This document shows positions 1 to 13,191 of a DNA stretch of 49,257 nt, one piece after another (the stretch's first letter is position 1; each line of letters begins with the position of its first letter). The DNA is taken from positions 97,508,467-97,557,723 of the forward strand of contig NC_068987.1 in assembly GCF_001194135.2 (NCBI RefSeq), read 5' to 3'. The notes under the pieces were generated by a model. The model worked only from the letters and a program-made list of their open reading frames with translations, was not told the DNA's origin and did no database searches. Position numbers and translations under genes: made by a program. Source of the DNA: Octopus bimaculoides. Its lineage: Eukaryota.

Positions 1-169
1 CTACTACTACTACTGTTACTACTACTACTACTACTACTGCTACTACTACTACTGCTACTGCTACTACTACTACTACTGTTACTACTACTACTACTACTAC
101 TACTACTGCTACTACTACTACTACTACTGCTACTACTACTACTGCTACTGCTACTACTACTACTACTGT

Positions 170-231
<62 letters not shown>
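1..231. repeat. (CTA)n microsatellite with CTG/GTT interruptions
   Basis: Direct reading; 31-90 is repeated exactly at 121-180. Confidence 0.97.
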
Positions 232-339
232 ACAGCAACAACAGACGACAGCTTAGCATCATCATTAAATATTCAATTAGCAAAGAAGCATAAACAAATG
301 GGAACATTTGTATTTTGGAGAGACAAATAACTGTAAATC

Positions 340-464
340 TATGATGACGATGACGACGACAACAACGACGACGATGATGATGATGGTGGTGGTGGTGGAG
401 GTGCGGGATTACGATAACGGCAGCGTTGATGATGATGACGATGATGATGATGGGGACGATGATA

Positions 465-503
<39 letters not shown>

Positions 504-726
504 GGGACGATGATAGTGATGATGATGATGATGATGGTGGTGGTGATGATGATGATGATGGTGGTGGTGATGATGATGGTGATGATGATGATGATGATGG
601 TGGTAATGATGATGATGGTGATGGTGGTGATGATGATGATGGTGATGATGATGATGATGGTGGTGGTGATGATGATGATGATGATGGTGGTGATGATGAT
701 GATGGTGATGATGATGATGATGGTGG

Positions 727-761
<35 letters not shown>

Positions 762-768
762 GTGGTGG
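340..768. repeat. (GAT)n/(GGT)n compound microsatellite running into an N gap
   Basis: Direct reading. It generates the spurious poly-D/M/H/S ORFs at 308-1935. Confidence 0.97.
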
Positions 769-1599
769 NNNNNNNNNNNNNNNNNNNNNNNNNNNNNNNN
801 NNNNNNNNNNNNNNNNNNNNNNNNNNNNNNNNNNNNNNNNNNNNNNNNNNNNNNNNNNNNNNNNNNNNNNNNNNNNNNNNNNNNNNNNNNNNNNNNNNNN
901 NNNNNNNNNNNNNNNNNNNNNNNNNNNNNNNNNNNNNNNNNNNNNNNNNNNNNNNNNNNNNNNNNNNNNNNNNNNNNNNNNNNNNNNNNNNNNNNNNNNN
1001 NNNNNNNNNNNNNNNNNNNNNNNNNNNNNNNNNNNNNNNNNNNNNNNNNNNNNNNNNNNNNNNNNNNNNNNNNNNNNNNNNNNNNNNNNNNNNNNNNNNN
1101 NNNNNNNNNNNNNNNNNNNNNNNNNNNNNNNNNNNNNNNNNNNNNNNNNNNNNNNNNNNNNNNNNNNNNNNNNNNNNNNNNNNNNNNNNNNNNNNNNNNN
1201 NNNNNNNNNNNNNNNNNNNNNNNNNNNNNNNNNNNNNNNNNNNNNNNNNNNNNNNNNNNNNNNNNNNNNNNNNNNNNNNNNNNNNNNNNNNNNNNNNNNN
1301 NNNNNNNNNNNNNNNNNNNNNNNNNNNNNNNNNNNNNNNNNNNNNNNNNNNNNNNNNNNNNNNNNNNNNNNNNNNNNNNNNNNNNNNNNNNNNNNNNNNN
1401 NNNNNNNNNNNNNNNNNNNNNNNNNNNNNNNNNNNNNNNNNNNNNNNNNNNNNNNNNNNNNNNNNNNNNNNNNNNNNNNNNNNNNNNNNNNNNNNNNNNN
1501 NNNNNNNNNNNNNNNNNNNNNNNNNNNNNNNNNNNNNNNNNNNNNNNNNNNNNNNNNNNNNNNNNNNNNNNNNNNNNNNNNNNNNNNNNNNNNNNNNNN

Positions 1600-1655
<56 letters not shown>
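1600..1655. repeat. (GA)n microsatellite
   Basis: Direct reading. Confidence 0.97.
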
Positions 1656-1658
<3 letters not shown>

Positions 1659-2049
1659 AGATAGAGATAGAAAGAGGGCTGTAGTGTCTGAAAGAACGGT
1701 GGAGGATAAAGGAAGAAGAGAGACGTAGTGGGACAAAGGTATACAAAGTATTAATAGGTTTGTTTGTTTGTTTTCTCAATAGTACAACATATTGGATGTA
1801 GATGACAGATAATATAGTCCTAGATACACTATGCCTGAAAAAATAACACAAGCAACAACCAGCAAAGGAATATCCATTTAAAAACAATAGGGATAGTGGG
1901 GTTTGTGACAGGGTTTGTTCATTAGTCTGCCTCAATCAGACCAGCTTTGTTTTGTTTTTAAATAGGCATAAATTTTCTCATTAACGGTAAAAGTGTTGGT
2001 GGTACAGTTGAACTGTTTGTGTTTTTTGCTAGCAGTAAGTATGGCGTTG

Positions 2050-2449
2050 GTGGAGGCGCAATGGCCCAGTGGTTAGGGCAGCGAATTCGCGGTCATAGGA
2101 TCGCGGTTTCGATTCCCAGACCGAGCGTTGCGAGTGTTTATTGAGCGAAAACATCTAAAGTTCCACGAGGCTCCGGTAGGGGATGGTGGCGACCCCTGCT
2201 GTACTCTTTCACCACAACTTTCTCTCACTCTTACTCCCTATTTCTGTTCTACCTGTAATTCAAAGGGTCAGCCTTATCACACTGTGTCACGCTGAATACC
2301 CCCGAGAACTACGTTAAGGGTACACGTGTCTGTGGAGTGCTCAACCACTCGCACGTCAATTTCACGAGCAGGCTGTTCCGTTGATGGAATCAACTGGAAC
2401 CCTCGACGTCGTAAGCGACGGAGTGCCAACAACAACAACAGCAACAACG
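2050..2449 (+). mobile_element. tRNA-derived SINE, family A (head A + shared tail T1), full length
   Basis: Pol III A box TGGCCCAGTGG (2062) and B box GGTTTCGATTCC (2105). Colinear with the copy at 46748-47133. Ends GTCGTAAGCGACGGAGTGCC followed by (CAA)n. Confidence 0.9.
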
Positions 2450-3232
2450 NNNNNNNNNNNNNNNNNNNNNNNNNNNNNNNNNNNNNNNNNNNNNNNNNNN
2501 NNNNNNNNNNNNNNNNNNNNNNNNNNNNNNNNNNNNNNNNNNNNNNNNNNNNNNNNNNNNNNNNNNNNNNNNNNNNNNNNNNNNNNNNNNNNNNNNNNNN
2601 NNNNNNNNNNNNNNNNNNNNNNNNNNNNNNNNNNNNNNNNNNNNNNNNNNNNNNNNNNNNNNNNNNNNNNNNNNNNNNNNNNNNNNNNNNNNNNNNNNNN
2701 NNNNNNNNNNNNNNNNNNNNNNNNNNNNNNNNNNNNNNNNNNNNNNNNNNNNNNNNNNNNNNNNNNNNNNNNNNNNNNNNNNNNNNNNNNNNNNNNNNNN
2801 NNNNNNNNNNNNNNNNNNNNNNNNNNNNNNNNNNNNNNNNNNNNNNNNNNNNNNNNNNNNNNNNNNNNNNNNNNNNNNNNNNNNNNNNNNNNNNNNNNNN
2901 NNNNNNNNNNNNNNNNNNNNNNNNNNNNNNNNNNNNNNNNNNNNNNNNNNNNNNNNNNNNNNNNNNNNNNNNNNNNNNNNNNNNNNNNNNNNNNNNNNNN
3001 NNNNNNNNNNNNNNNNNNNNNNNNNNNNNNNNNNNNNNNNNNNNNNNNNNNNNNNNNNNNNNNNNNNNNNNNNNNNNNNNNNNNNNNNNNNNNNNNNNNN
3101 NNNNNNNNNNNNNNNNNNNNNNNNNNNNNNNNNNNNNNNNNNNNNNNNNNNNNNNNNNNNNNNNNNNNNNNNNNNNNNNNNNNNNNNNNNNNNNNNNNNN
3201 NNNNNNNNNNNNNNNNNNNNNNNNNNNNNNNN

Positions 3233-3296
3233 GAAACCACCACCACCACCGAAACCACCACCACCACCACCACTACCACCGAAACCACCACCACCA

Positions 3297-3329
<33 letters not shown>
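3233..3329. repeat. (CCA)n/(CCG)n microsatellite with GAA interruptions
   Basis: Direct reading; abuts a gap and the maT relic. Confidence 0.9.
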
Positions 3330-3331
3330 GG

Positions 3332-3676
3332 GTCAAGAGGGTGACTGCTGGAAGACCTTATGTCTAGCAACAGTTCTCTGCATCATTCCATACAAACAGG
3401 AGAACCCAGTCATGGTTGTTAGACATTTTTTGCGACCATATCACCCCTAATATCTGGCCACCTAACGTCTCAGACTGCAACCCTCTTGATTATTATGTGT
3501 AGGGCGCAGTTGAGCGAGAGACCAACAAAACTCCTTGTAACACCAAAGATGAACTGAAGGCAAGGATTATGGCAGCATTCACCAACTTAAACAAGGAGAC
3601 TGTCCAGAAGAGTTGCAGGAGATTCCGAAGTCGTCTGGAGACCGTGGTTGAAGCCAATGGCAATTTTATTAAATAA
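3332..3676 (+). pseudogene. Tc1/mariner-superfamily transposase C-terminal relic, maT (DD37D) type
   Basis: One frame reads VKRVTAGRPYV*QQFSASFHTNRRTQSWLLDIFCDHITPNIWPPNVSDCNPLDYYV*GAVERETNKTPCNTKDELKARIMAAF...RLETVVEANGNFIK*. There are 37 residues between the mutated second Asp position (QQF) and the PLD Asp. Both stops are TAG at expected Trp codons. Confidence 0.88.
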
Positions 3677-4129
3677 ATTTACTCTTTAGTATTTCAAAAT
3701 ATTTTATTGTTATTTTGGTGAATATATCTGTTCAAATGAGATGTCAGGGTTGTTTTCATTTTTGTGTAATTTAGACGACAATTCAATCNNNNNNNNNNNN
3801 NNNNNNNNNNNNNNNNNNNNNNNNNNNNNNNNNNNNNNNNNNNNNNNNNNNNNNNNNNNNNNNNNNNNNNNNNNNNNNNNNNNNNNNNNNNNNNNNNNNN
3901 NNNNNNNNNNNNNNNNNNNNNNNNNNNNNNNNNNNNNNNNNNNNNNNNNNNNNNNNNNNNNNNNNNNNNNNNNNNNNNNNNNNNNNNNNNNNNNNNNNNN
4001 NNNNNNNNNNNNNNNNNNNNNNNNNNNNNNNNNNNNNNNNNNNNNNNNNNNNNNNTATATATATATATATCATATATCATATATATATATATTTGTGTGT
4101 GTGTGTGTGTGTGTGTCTACATATATACA

Positions 4130-4290
4130 TGTCCTGGGTTTCTGCACAGTTTCAGTCAACGAAATTACACTCACAAGGCTTTGGTTAAGTAGAAGTTATT
4201 TTCGAAGACAATTGCTCTAGATGCTTATATGCTGCAGAGTGCGCTCGACCTCACAGCTATGTTGTTGCTAAGCGAACTTCTTAATCCCAT
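4130..4290 (-). mobile_element. Decayed SINE family C, 5' half
   Basis: CACTCACAAGGCTTTGGT and CAGTTTCAGTCAAC match the reverse complement of the family C copies at 33365 and 37285. Confidence 0.6.
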
Positions 4291-5010
4291 GGCAAACTTT
4301 GCATCATCTCGTTCGTATGTTTTTTAAAGATTTTTCAGTAGTATGAGGTTCCCATTAATGCGTTTGATGTAGCGTCTAAAACTTACATTTTAAATCTTTA
4401 TCAGAAGCTGCTGAAATATATATTCTTCTTATAAAACACAATACAGCGAGAGTAATTGTCATGCCTTATTTTATTGCCAAATATTTTAAAGGATCGCAGA
4501 CACTGTACAATGATATGGTTGATATTACGGTAAATGATACATGAATAGAGAACATATATCTTGACATAGTTCGCATAGCAAAAAGTGAATCGAAGAAAAG
4601 AGTAGGCTTTTCTTCTGCAGTACAACCATAGCAGCAGATTTCTTTCGTTGTTTTTTTCATAAACACCAAGAAAGACACACATGCATACACACAGACAGAC
4701 AGACACACACACACATCCACAAATAAACACTTACTGGTTCACATTACTAGGTTTGTGTATTCCTGACAGCAACCTGAATAATAAACTGCATACAAGCAAA
4801 ATACCATTCAACTGATATACAAGCTTTTGCTCCTTAAGAATCAACAACCCAAGCTACAAACGGAATTCGTGACAACCATTGTTGCTTGTGTAATATCTAC
4901 AATGATCTCTGCTACTCTGAATAGTTAACTCTTCACTGCTTCCACCAAATACAATTACCAGTTTCCGATTTCCTTATGCACTCCATTATACAAGAACTGA
5001 TTTTAATATT

Positions 5011-5530
5011 TTATCCTTTACGTTCTCAGTTCAAATTCTACCGGGGTCGACTTTGCCTTTCATTCTTCTGTGGTCGATAAAATAAGTACCAGTTGAACAC
5101 TGGGGTCGATGTAATCGATTTATCCCTTCCCCCGAAATTGCTGGCCTTGTTCCAAAATTTGAAACCAATACTTTATTCTTCTTTACATTTTCAGTTCAAA
5201 TAAAACCGAGTCGGACGTAACCTGTCATCCTTTCGAGGTCGATCAAATTAATATCCGTCAAGCACTGGGGTCGAGGTAATCGACTAGCGCCCACCCCTGA
5301 AATTGTGGGTCCTGTGCCCAAAATTGAAAATAAGGTGGCGAGCAGGGCAAAATGCTAAGCGGCATTTCGTTCGTCTTTACATTCCTTGTTCAAATTCCGG
5401 CGAGGTCGACTTTGCATTTCATCCTTTTAGAGTCAACACAATAAATACAAGTTGATCACAGGGGACAGTGTCACCAAATTACCCCACCCCCGAAATTGCT
5501 TGCGTTGTGCCAAAATTTAAAAATAATATT
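5011..5530 (+). mobile_element. Head-to-tail trimer of SINE family B (about 5011-5170, 5171-5331, 5332-5530)
   Basis: Three consecutive units of CTTTAC..GTTCAAAT..GGTCGACTTTGC.TTTCATCCTT..GGTCGA..CACTGGGGTCGA..CCCGAAATTG..TGTGCCAAAATT. The B-box-like GTTCAAAT is present in each. Confidence 0.85.
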
Positions 5531-5719
5531 TGATTCAATCTTCCTCCTGACAACTCTTTTTCTTTGAAATCACCAGGTTATCTTCTAATACAATACAACC
5601 TAAACACTCGATGGGCAGTGTCCGTTTCTCTGATTAAATACTAAAAACATTCCATCAACGACCATGTGAATGATATACAGATACACAGACACACGTATTA
5701 AGATAATTACTTATGGTCA

Positions 5720-6723
5720 TTGTACGTTTGGTAAGTCTGAAATGACTGATGTTCAGATTGAAAAACTGTTGATTGAAAGCTGTAAGAAATACGTGGATAG
5801 GAGGGAAATTTCAGATGTCTGATATTCTGGGAAGTAATGGTTGGGAACAGTGGTTGGTGCTGACTCTGGGAATGAAAATTGTGAATGGATGAGGCAGGAG
5901 AAGGAGAAGTGATTGTGTCGAGATGGTTCCGGCGGAAGTGGTATGCTGCTAGCTAGGAGAAGAAACCGTTGTAATAGCGGAAGAAAAGGCAGGATTGGAG
6001 GATATGTCTATGAAGTAGAGGTTGAAGTTTGCTTGTGACGAATTTTTGATAATCAACCAGTGGAGTTCTTGTGGATTCAAAATAAGATGGCTTGTATATA
6101 GCAGCAGCAGCAGCCGCCGCCGCCGCCGCCGCCGCAGAAGCAGCAGCAGAAGAAGAAGAAGAAGAAATGGTAGCAACAACAGCAGCATTCCGAATGTGAG
6201 AAGTGTTTTCTATCGAAGGTCTCATTGGACATCGTTTTCAAGGTTTGTGTTCACGGAAGCAGCGCATGTTTGACGTGAAATGTCTATAGTGAATGTAGAT
6301 GACGCCTGTTTACAAATAGTTAAGGAGTTAAGGGATGGGTGCTGGTGGTAAAGAGTGGTATAATCTTCATGGGAATAAGAGTCATCAGAGGTGACAGCAA
6401 GCATGTTGTTGATAAAGATTGAATGAAGATAGTGGGCGATGTAAGCAAGACCCGATGTATCTAGGTACATGAGAAACTGAGGGTGACAGAGATCTCACCC
6501 GGGCGCACTGATTATGTTAGGTTATTAACCTTCGAATTAAGAGGAAGGAATCGGATGAAACTCATAAGACGTGCAGGTTAGCCAGGAGAAATAACAGTGA
6601 GTTACTACCAAACTACTTGTCTTCGTAGAAAAATTATCGTGGGTGGAATATTAGTTGTGAACGATAGAGGAGAACAAGTCACCTGCAGATTTGACATTAT
6701 AGAAACTGCATGCTACTACTGTA

Positions 6724-6803
<80 letters not shown>

Positions 6804-6850
6804 GTCAGAAGAGGTGAAGCACTCATGGTCTGTGTAAGCCACATTGTTAT
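5720..6850 (-). pseudogene. Non-LTR retrotransposon (CR1/Jockey-group) RT relic, split by two microsatellites
   Basis: Minus-strand translations give FYNVKSAGDLF, GSCL-SPTIFI-IFINNMLAVTSDDSYSHEDYTTL (RT QG and YADD regions), SVNTNLENDVQ*, QPLLHRHILQSCLFFRYYNG and HPFTIFIPRVSTNHCSQPLLPRISDI*NFPPIHVF. All are in the expected RT-to-C-terminus order. Confidence 0.82.
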
Positions 6851-7335
6851 AGCGATGTGATTGTTCGTGTGGCCTAGTGATTGATATTCAGCTTAAATTT
6901 CTTAATGTCCGTAGCTGAAGAAAATCTTATGGTGAGGGGTTCAAGAGGCCTTTTACTCTGAAAAGGAATGATTAACAATGAATCTAGTGCATGGATTTAA
7001 AGGATGAAATGGAATAGAGTCACTAATGAGAGAAAGAAAGAAGGAAAGATCATAGTTATTCAATGTTAAAAAAACCCCAAAAATTTTTTACCTTTTTATA
7101 ATTATATATTATCAAGAACTGTATAAAGACACTGTTAAAATATTTTGTCTATTGTAGAATTATAACCAATTCATTTCACAAATCTCTACAACAAAATCTT
7201 ATAGGACTCCACAAGGGCCATATAAACTCCAGTAGAGAACATGTGGTCTAGAAGGAAACCTTGATTGTGTTGTGGAGAGCAGCTTTAGGATAACGCATCG
7301 TGGGTCTGTACATACATTAATACAAACACACGCAC

Positions 7336-7420
<85 letters not shown>

Positions 7421-7778
7421 GCAAACACACACACACGCACACACGCAGAGATACATATGTTGATATGCTCCGATTAGTACTTCTCGTGGTGTGCAATAAA
7501 TTGTCGAAGTTGTCTGAAGCGATTTCCTGATCTTGCAGTGCAATATGACTTGCTATGTGTACAGGAAGTGAAACATCATTGTAGACAATAGTTCTGCATC
7601 AGAGTTTCTCCACTTGCATGAAGGTATGTTACCACCTGCACCATGTTGCGCCATTGGCCTGTTTAGAGAGGATGTTGATTTGGGGCACTCTGCGGGATGA
7701 AATACAAAGTCTGACAAAGGGCAGATGACCCCCCCCCCCACACACACACATACATACACACATACCTACACACACACA

Positions 7779-7809
<31 letters not shown>

Positions 7810-7864
7810 GTACAACCATCTGTAAACACACACATCCCTCTCTATATATACACTTATATATACG

Positions 7865-7916
<52 letters not shown>

Positions 7917-8440
7917 TGTGCATGTCTATGTGTGTCTATATGTATGTATATATATACATGTACGTATGTATGCATTTATGTATTTATCTTGGCGTAAAAA
8001 ATGAATTTCGATTGACTGAGGTAGAATTTATGGCTTCAAAATCTGAATATTCCTAAAGTTCTAATGATGAAACACAAATGTTATTATGTTTATAATATGC
8101 AAAAAGAAAAAAGAAAAAGAAAAAGAAAAATGGAGAAATAAACGTGACTGATGTTGCGGAAAAACATTGGTAAACAACTAAACAAATGCATGACGAGAAG
8201 AAAAGGGATTTTTATACAAAATACTGGGGGAAAAAATCTATAAACATAAAACAAGAATATTTCATTTTGTTTAATGACAAACCGCACGAAGAATATTTAT
8301 TTATATAGCAGAAAGAGCAGAAGAAAAAAAGAAAGAAAATACGTGAAAATAAAATCAGCGAATTTGGCAAAATACGTATAAGTGCACGTGGATATACCCA
8401 TATGTACATACATACATGGATACATACATACAAACATACA

Positions 8441-8494
<54 letters not shown>

Positions 8495-9159
8495 NNNNNN
8501 NNNNNNNNNNNNNNNNNNNNNNNNNNNNNNNNNNNNNNNNNNNNNNNNNNNNNNNNNNNNNNNNNNNNNNNNNNNNNNNNNNNNNNNNNNNNNNNNNNNN
8601 NNNNNNNNNNNNNNNNNNNNNNNNNNNNNNNNNNNNNNNNNNNNNNNNNNNNNNNNNNNNNNNNNNNNNNNNNNNNNNNNNNNNNNNNNNNNNNNNNNNN
8701 NNNNNNNNNNNNNNNNNNNNNNNNNNNNNNNNNNNNNNNNNNNNNNNNNNNNNNNNNNNNNNNNNNNNNNNNNNNNNNNNNNNNNNNNNNNNNNNNNNNN
8801 NNNNNNNNNNTATATATTTGTAGGTATGTTTGTATGTATGTATACTTATACACATGCACCTATTCATGCACGCTTGCTCACGCTCAAACAAACGTAATAG
8901 ATACCTTACCATGCCATACCTGTATACATAGGTATAAACTGTGGCAGCAATATGGCTGTGTAGGGAAGATCGATTGGGGGGAAAAAAAAAAACATTTTCT
9001 ACGATTATTTATTAAATAATAAAAGTAATATTTTTATTCGAACCTCTTGGTATGCGCATTAATATTCTCATGATGCTTTTAACGTATCCACAGTAAGCCG
9101 ATCGAACAGAGAAGAAGCAAAAAATCCGCCAAATCAAAAATCCTTGTAATTATCATGAT

Positions 9160-9382
9160 TGTGATAATGATGAAAACGATGACGAAAACAATGGTAATGT
9201 GGAGGTGGATGATATTAATGACGGTGGTGATGATATTGTTCAAGATGATGATGATGATGATTATGGTGATGATGATTATGGTGATGATGAAGGTGGTGGT
9301 GGTGGTAGTGGTGGTGGTGGTGGTGGTGATGATGATGATGATGATGATCATGATGATGATAATGGTAATGAAAATAATGCTG

Positions 9383-9452
<70 letters not shown>

Positions 9453-9660
9453 TAATAATAATCATCATCATCATCATAATAGTTATGAAGAGAACAAGAA
9501 AGAAAAGAAGTGGTAAATGAAGACGAAGAAGAAGAAGAAGAAGAAGAAGAAGAAGAAGAAGAAGAAGAAGAAGAAGAAGAAGAAGAAGAAGAAGAAGAAG
9601 AAGAAGAAGAAGAAGAAGAAGAAGAAGAAGAAAAGGAAGAATTAGAAGAAGAAGCGAGCA
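9160..9660. repeat. Compound GAT/GGT/AAT/CAT microsatellite followed by pure (GAA)36 at 9525-9632
   Basis: Direct reading. Confidence 0.96.
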
Positions 9661-9916
9661 ATGATGGCTTTCATCAAAGTTTTCTTGTCACATTTCTCCA
9701 CCACCTTCCAACTGTTGCAGCTATCTGATATAAGATATAGTACTTAAATGTGTGTGTATATATATATACATGCATTTATATGTGCGTGTATGAATATATA
9801 TATATATTCACATATATATATATATATTTATGTGTTTATATGTACATGTCGGTCGTGGTTTATGTATGTGTATATATATATATATAAATATATATATGCA
9901 TGTATATATATATATT

Positions 9917-9948
<32 letters not shown>

Positions 9949-10753
9949 GATATATGTGTATATACATATATATGTATATATGTATATTTATATATATGTG
10001 TATATATGCATATATGTATATATATATATATATATATATNNNNNNNNNNNNNNNNNNNNNNNNNNNNNNNNNNNNNNNNNNNNNNNNNNNNNNNNNNNNN
10101 NNNNNNNNNNNNNNNNNNNNNNNNNNNNNNNNNNNNNNNNNNNNNNNNNNNNNNNNNNNNNNNNNNNNNNNNNNNNNNNNNNNNNNNNNNNNNNNNNNNN
10201 NNNNNNNNNNNNNNNNNNNNNNNNNNNNNNNNNNNNNNNNNNNNNNNNNNNNNNNNNNNNNNNNNNNNNNNNNNNNNNNNNNNNNNNNNNNNNNNNNNNN
10301 NNNNNNNNNNNNNNNNNNNNNNNNNNNNNNNNNNNNNNNNNNNNNNNNNNNNNNNNNNNNNNNNNNNNNNNNNNNNNNNNNNNNNNNNNNNNNNNNNNNN
10401 NNNNNTATATATATACATACATGTATGTATGTATGTATGTATGTATCTATCTATCTATCTATCTATCAATCTATCCATCTATCTATCTCTTTATCTTTTT
10501 GTCTATCCATCTATAAATCAGAAAGTGTATGTAGGTATATAGTAGTTAAAGATATACATCCGTATTTTTTTTACGTGTAATGGTTGTCTTTAAATTTTAA
10601 TGCGTAATGCATGCCATTGTTCGAGTTTCAGGGAAATTTTTCGTTTCACCAAATATATCTGTACCTATACACACAAAGACACACAAACTTGCATATGCAT
10701 ACGAATGCACGAACGTACGCACACACGCAAGCACGCACGCACACACAGACAAA

Positions 10754-10790
<37 letters not shown>

Positions 10791-10876
10791 ACGCACACAA
10801 GGACGCACAAACACATACACTCATACGAATACACAAGAAATATGTTCATATATAATATTTGATATATATGTTTGCA

Positions 10877-10924
<48 letters not shown>

Positions 10925-11172
10925 GTATATATATATGTATATATATATAATATCCTCATCATCAATGCGCGTGTTCCATGCTGGCGTATATATATGTATA
11001 TACATTACTAGTATCACCCTTGCACTAACAAATATCTGTTGAATATATTAATATATATTATATGATATATAATATGCAATATATAATATAATATAAATGC
11101 ATACACATATATGTGCATGTGTGTGCATGTATGTGCATGTGTGTGGTGTGTGTGTGTATCTATGCATGTCTG

Positions 11173-11217
<45 letters not shown>

Positions 11218-11636
11218 AGTGACGCAAACACTGGCGCACACAGATATATATATATATTCATATATATATATCTACAATCTCAGCAGATTGTTTTATCTTT
11301 GTAACCTCCTCGTTGCACACCATGTGAGACACATTTGCACACAAACTCCATTTAAAATCACGCACACCTACGTATAAATATAGAAGCACAGGTATATGAT
11401 ATACCATAAAATATATATTCTTGAAATATTTAAATTATATCCACTTACACTATATGAAAATTACAAAACCATAATTGAGAACAGCTCGATCGGGAAATGG
11501 TATATGATCTCATGAATCAAGAGCTATCAAAAGATGACATACCATTAAGAAAAAAGGACAAGTATATAGACTGGCGATGAAAGGGTTGTCGCGGTCACAT
11601 GTTAACGTATATATGTAGATGTGTACGAAATATATG

Positions 11637-11670
<34 letters not shown>

Positions 11671-12544
11671 NNNNNNNNNNNNNNNNNNNNNNNNNNNNNN
11701 NNNNNNNNNNNNNNNNNNNNNNNNNNNNNNNNNNNNNNNNNNNNNNNNNNNNNNNNNNNNNNNNNNNNNNNNNNNNNNNNNNNNNNNNNNNNNNNNNNNN
11801 NNNNNNNNNNNNNNNNNNNNNNNNNNNNNNNNNNNNNNNNNNNNNNNNNNNNNNNNNNNNNNNNNNNNNNNNNNNNNNNNNNNNNNNNNNNNNNNNNNNN
11901 NNNNNNNNNNNNNNNNNNNNNNNNNNNNNNNNNNNNNNNNNNNNNNNNNNNNNNNNNNNNNNNNNNNNNNNNNNNNNNNNNNNNNNNNNNNNNNNNNNNN
12001 NNNNNNNNNNNNNNNNNNNNNNNNNNNNNNNNNNNNNNNNNNNNNNNNNNNNNNNNNNNNNNNNNNNNNNNNNNNNNNNNNNNNNNNNNNNNNNNNNNNN
12101 NNNNNNNNNNNNNNNNNNNNNNNNNNNNNNNNNNNNNNNNNNNNNNNNNNNNNNNNNNNNNNNNNNNNNNNNNNNNNNNNNNNNNNNNNNNNNNNNNNNN
12201 NNNNNNNNNNNNNNNNNNNNNNNNNNNNNNNNNNNNNNNNNNNNNNNNNNNNNNNNNNNNNNNNNNNNNNNNNNNNNNNNNNNNNNNNNNNNNNNNNNNN
12301 NNNNNNNNNNNNNNNNNNNNNNNNNNNNNNNNNNNNNNNNNNNNNNNNNNNNNNNNNNNNNNNNNNNNNNNNNNNNNNNNNNNNNNNNNNNNNNNNNNNN
12401 NNNNNNNNNNNNNNNNNNNNNNNNNNNNNNNNNNNNNNNNNNNNNNNNNNNNNNNNNNNNNNNNNNNNNNNNNNNNNNNNNNNNNNNNNNNNNNNNNNNN
12501 NNNNNNNNNNNNNNNNNNNNNNNNNNNNNNNNNNNNNNNNNNNN

Positions 12545-12575
<31 letters not shown>

Positions 12576-13191
12576 ACAATATGTGTCTATAGTTATATGT
12601 GTTTGTTTATAGACACATATATATATGAACATATATAGAGAGACACACACACGCGCGTACACACACTGGCACACATGCACACACACATATACACACACTC
12701 ACACACACACAAGTCTATTTGTATGTTTGTATGTATGTATGTATGTATCTATCTATCTATCTGTCTGCATCTATTACATGAGAACGCCATGAATAAATAA
12801 TAGCTTTAACTACAATATTTAATGTAACAGCGCAAATCAACATGATAATTATATACATAGAAAACTAAAGATCTGAGAAAAAAAAATTAAAAATTAGTTT
12901 TCTGAACTTCAGTTGGTTAGACGAAAATGAAAGGAGAAAAATCTAAATCCATAATATATGTGAATAACTTTATTACCAAGTATGAACCACATGTTGTTTT
13001 GAAGCGAATCATTCGAGTTTCGCTTTGGACGTAATTTGTTTGTCTTTCTAGGAAAGTTTTGGGAGTTATATAGAACTGGTTATATCAGATACATAAGACT
13101 TTATAGACAAACATTTGGACGATAACCAATCCAAATCAGTTTGCACTGAAGCAATGTCTATTCATTACAAGAGAACTCTATAAATTAGTAA

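Noticed and set aside
3233-3370. Minus-strand GGGGGF Gly-rich ORF
   Set aside because: It is a (CCA)n microsatellite with GAA interruptions joined to the antisense of the maT relic.
13051-13187. Apparent exon with a good acceptor (TTTGTCTTTCTAG) and GTAAG donor
   Set aside because: Stops occur in all three frames and the donor overlaps the start of a SINE.
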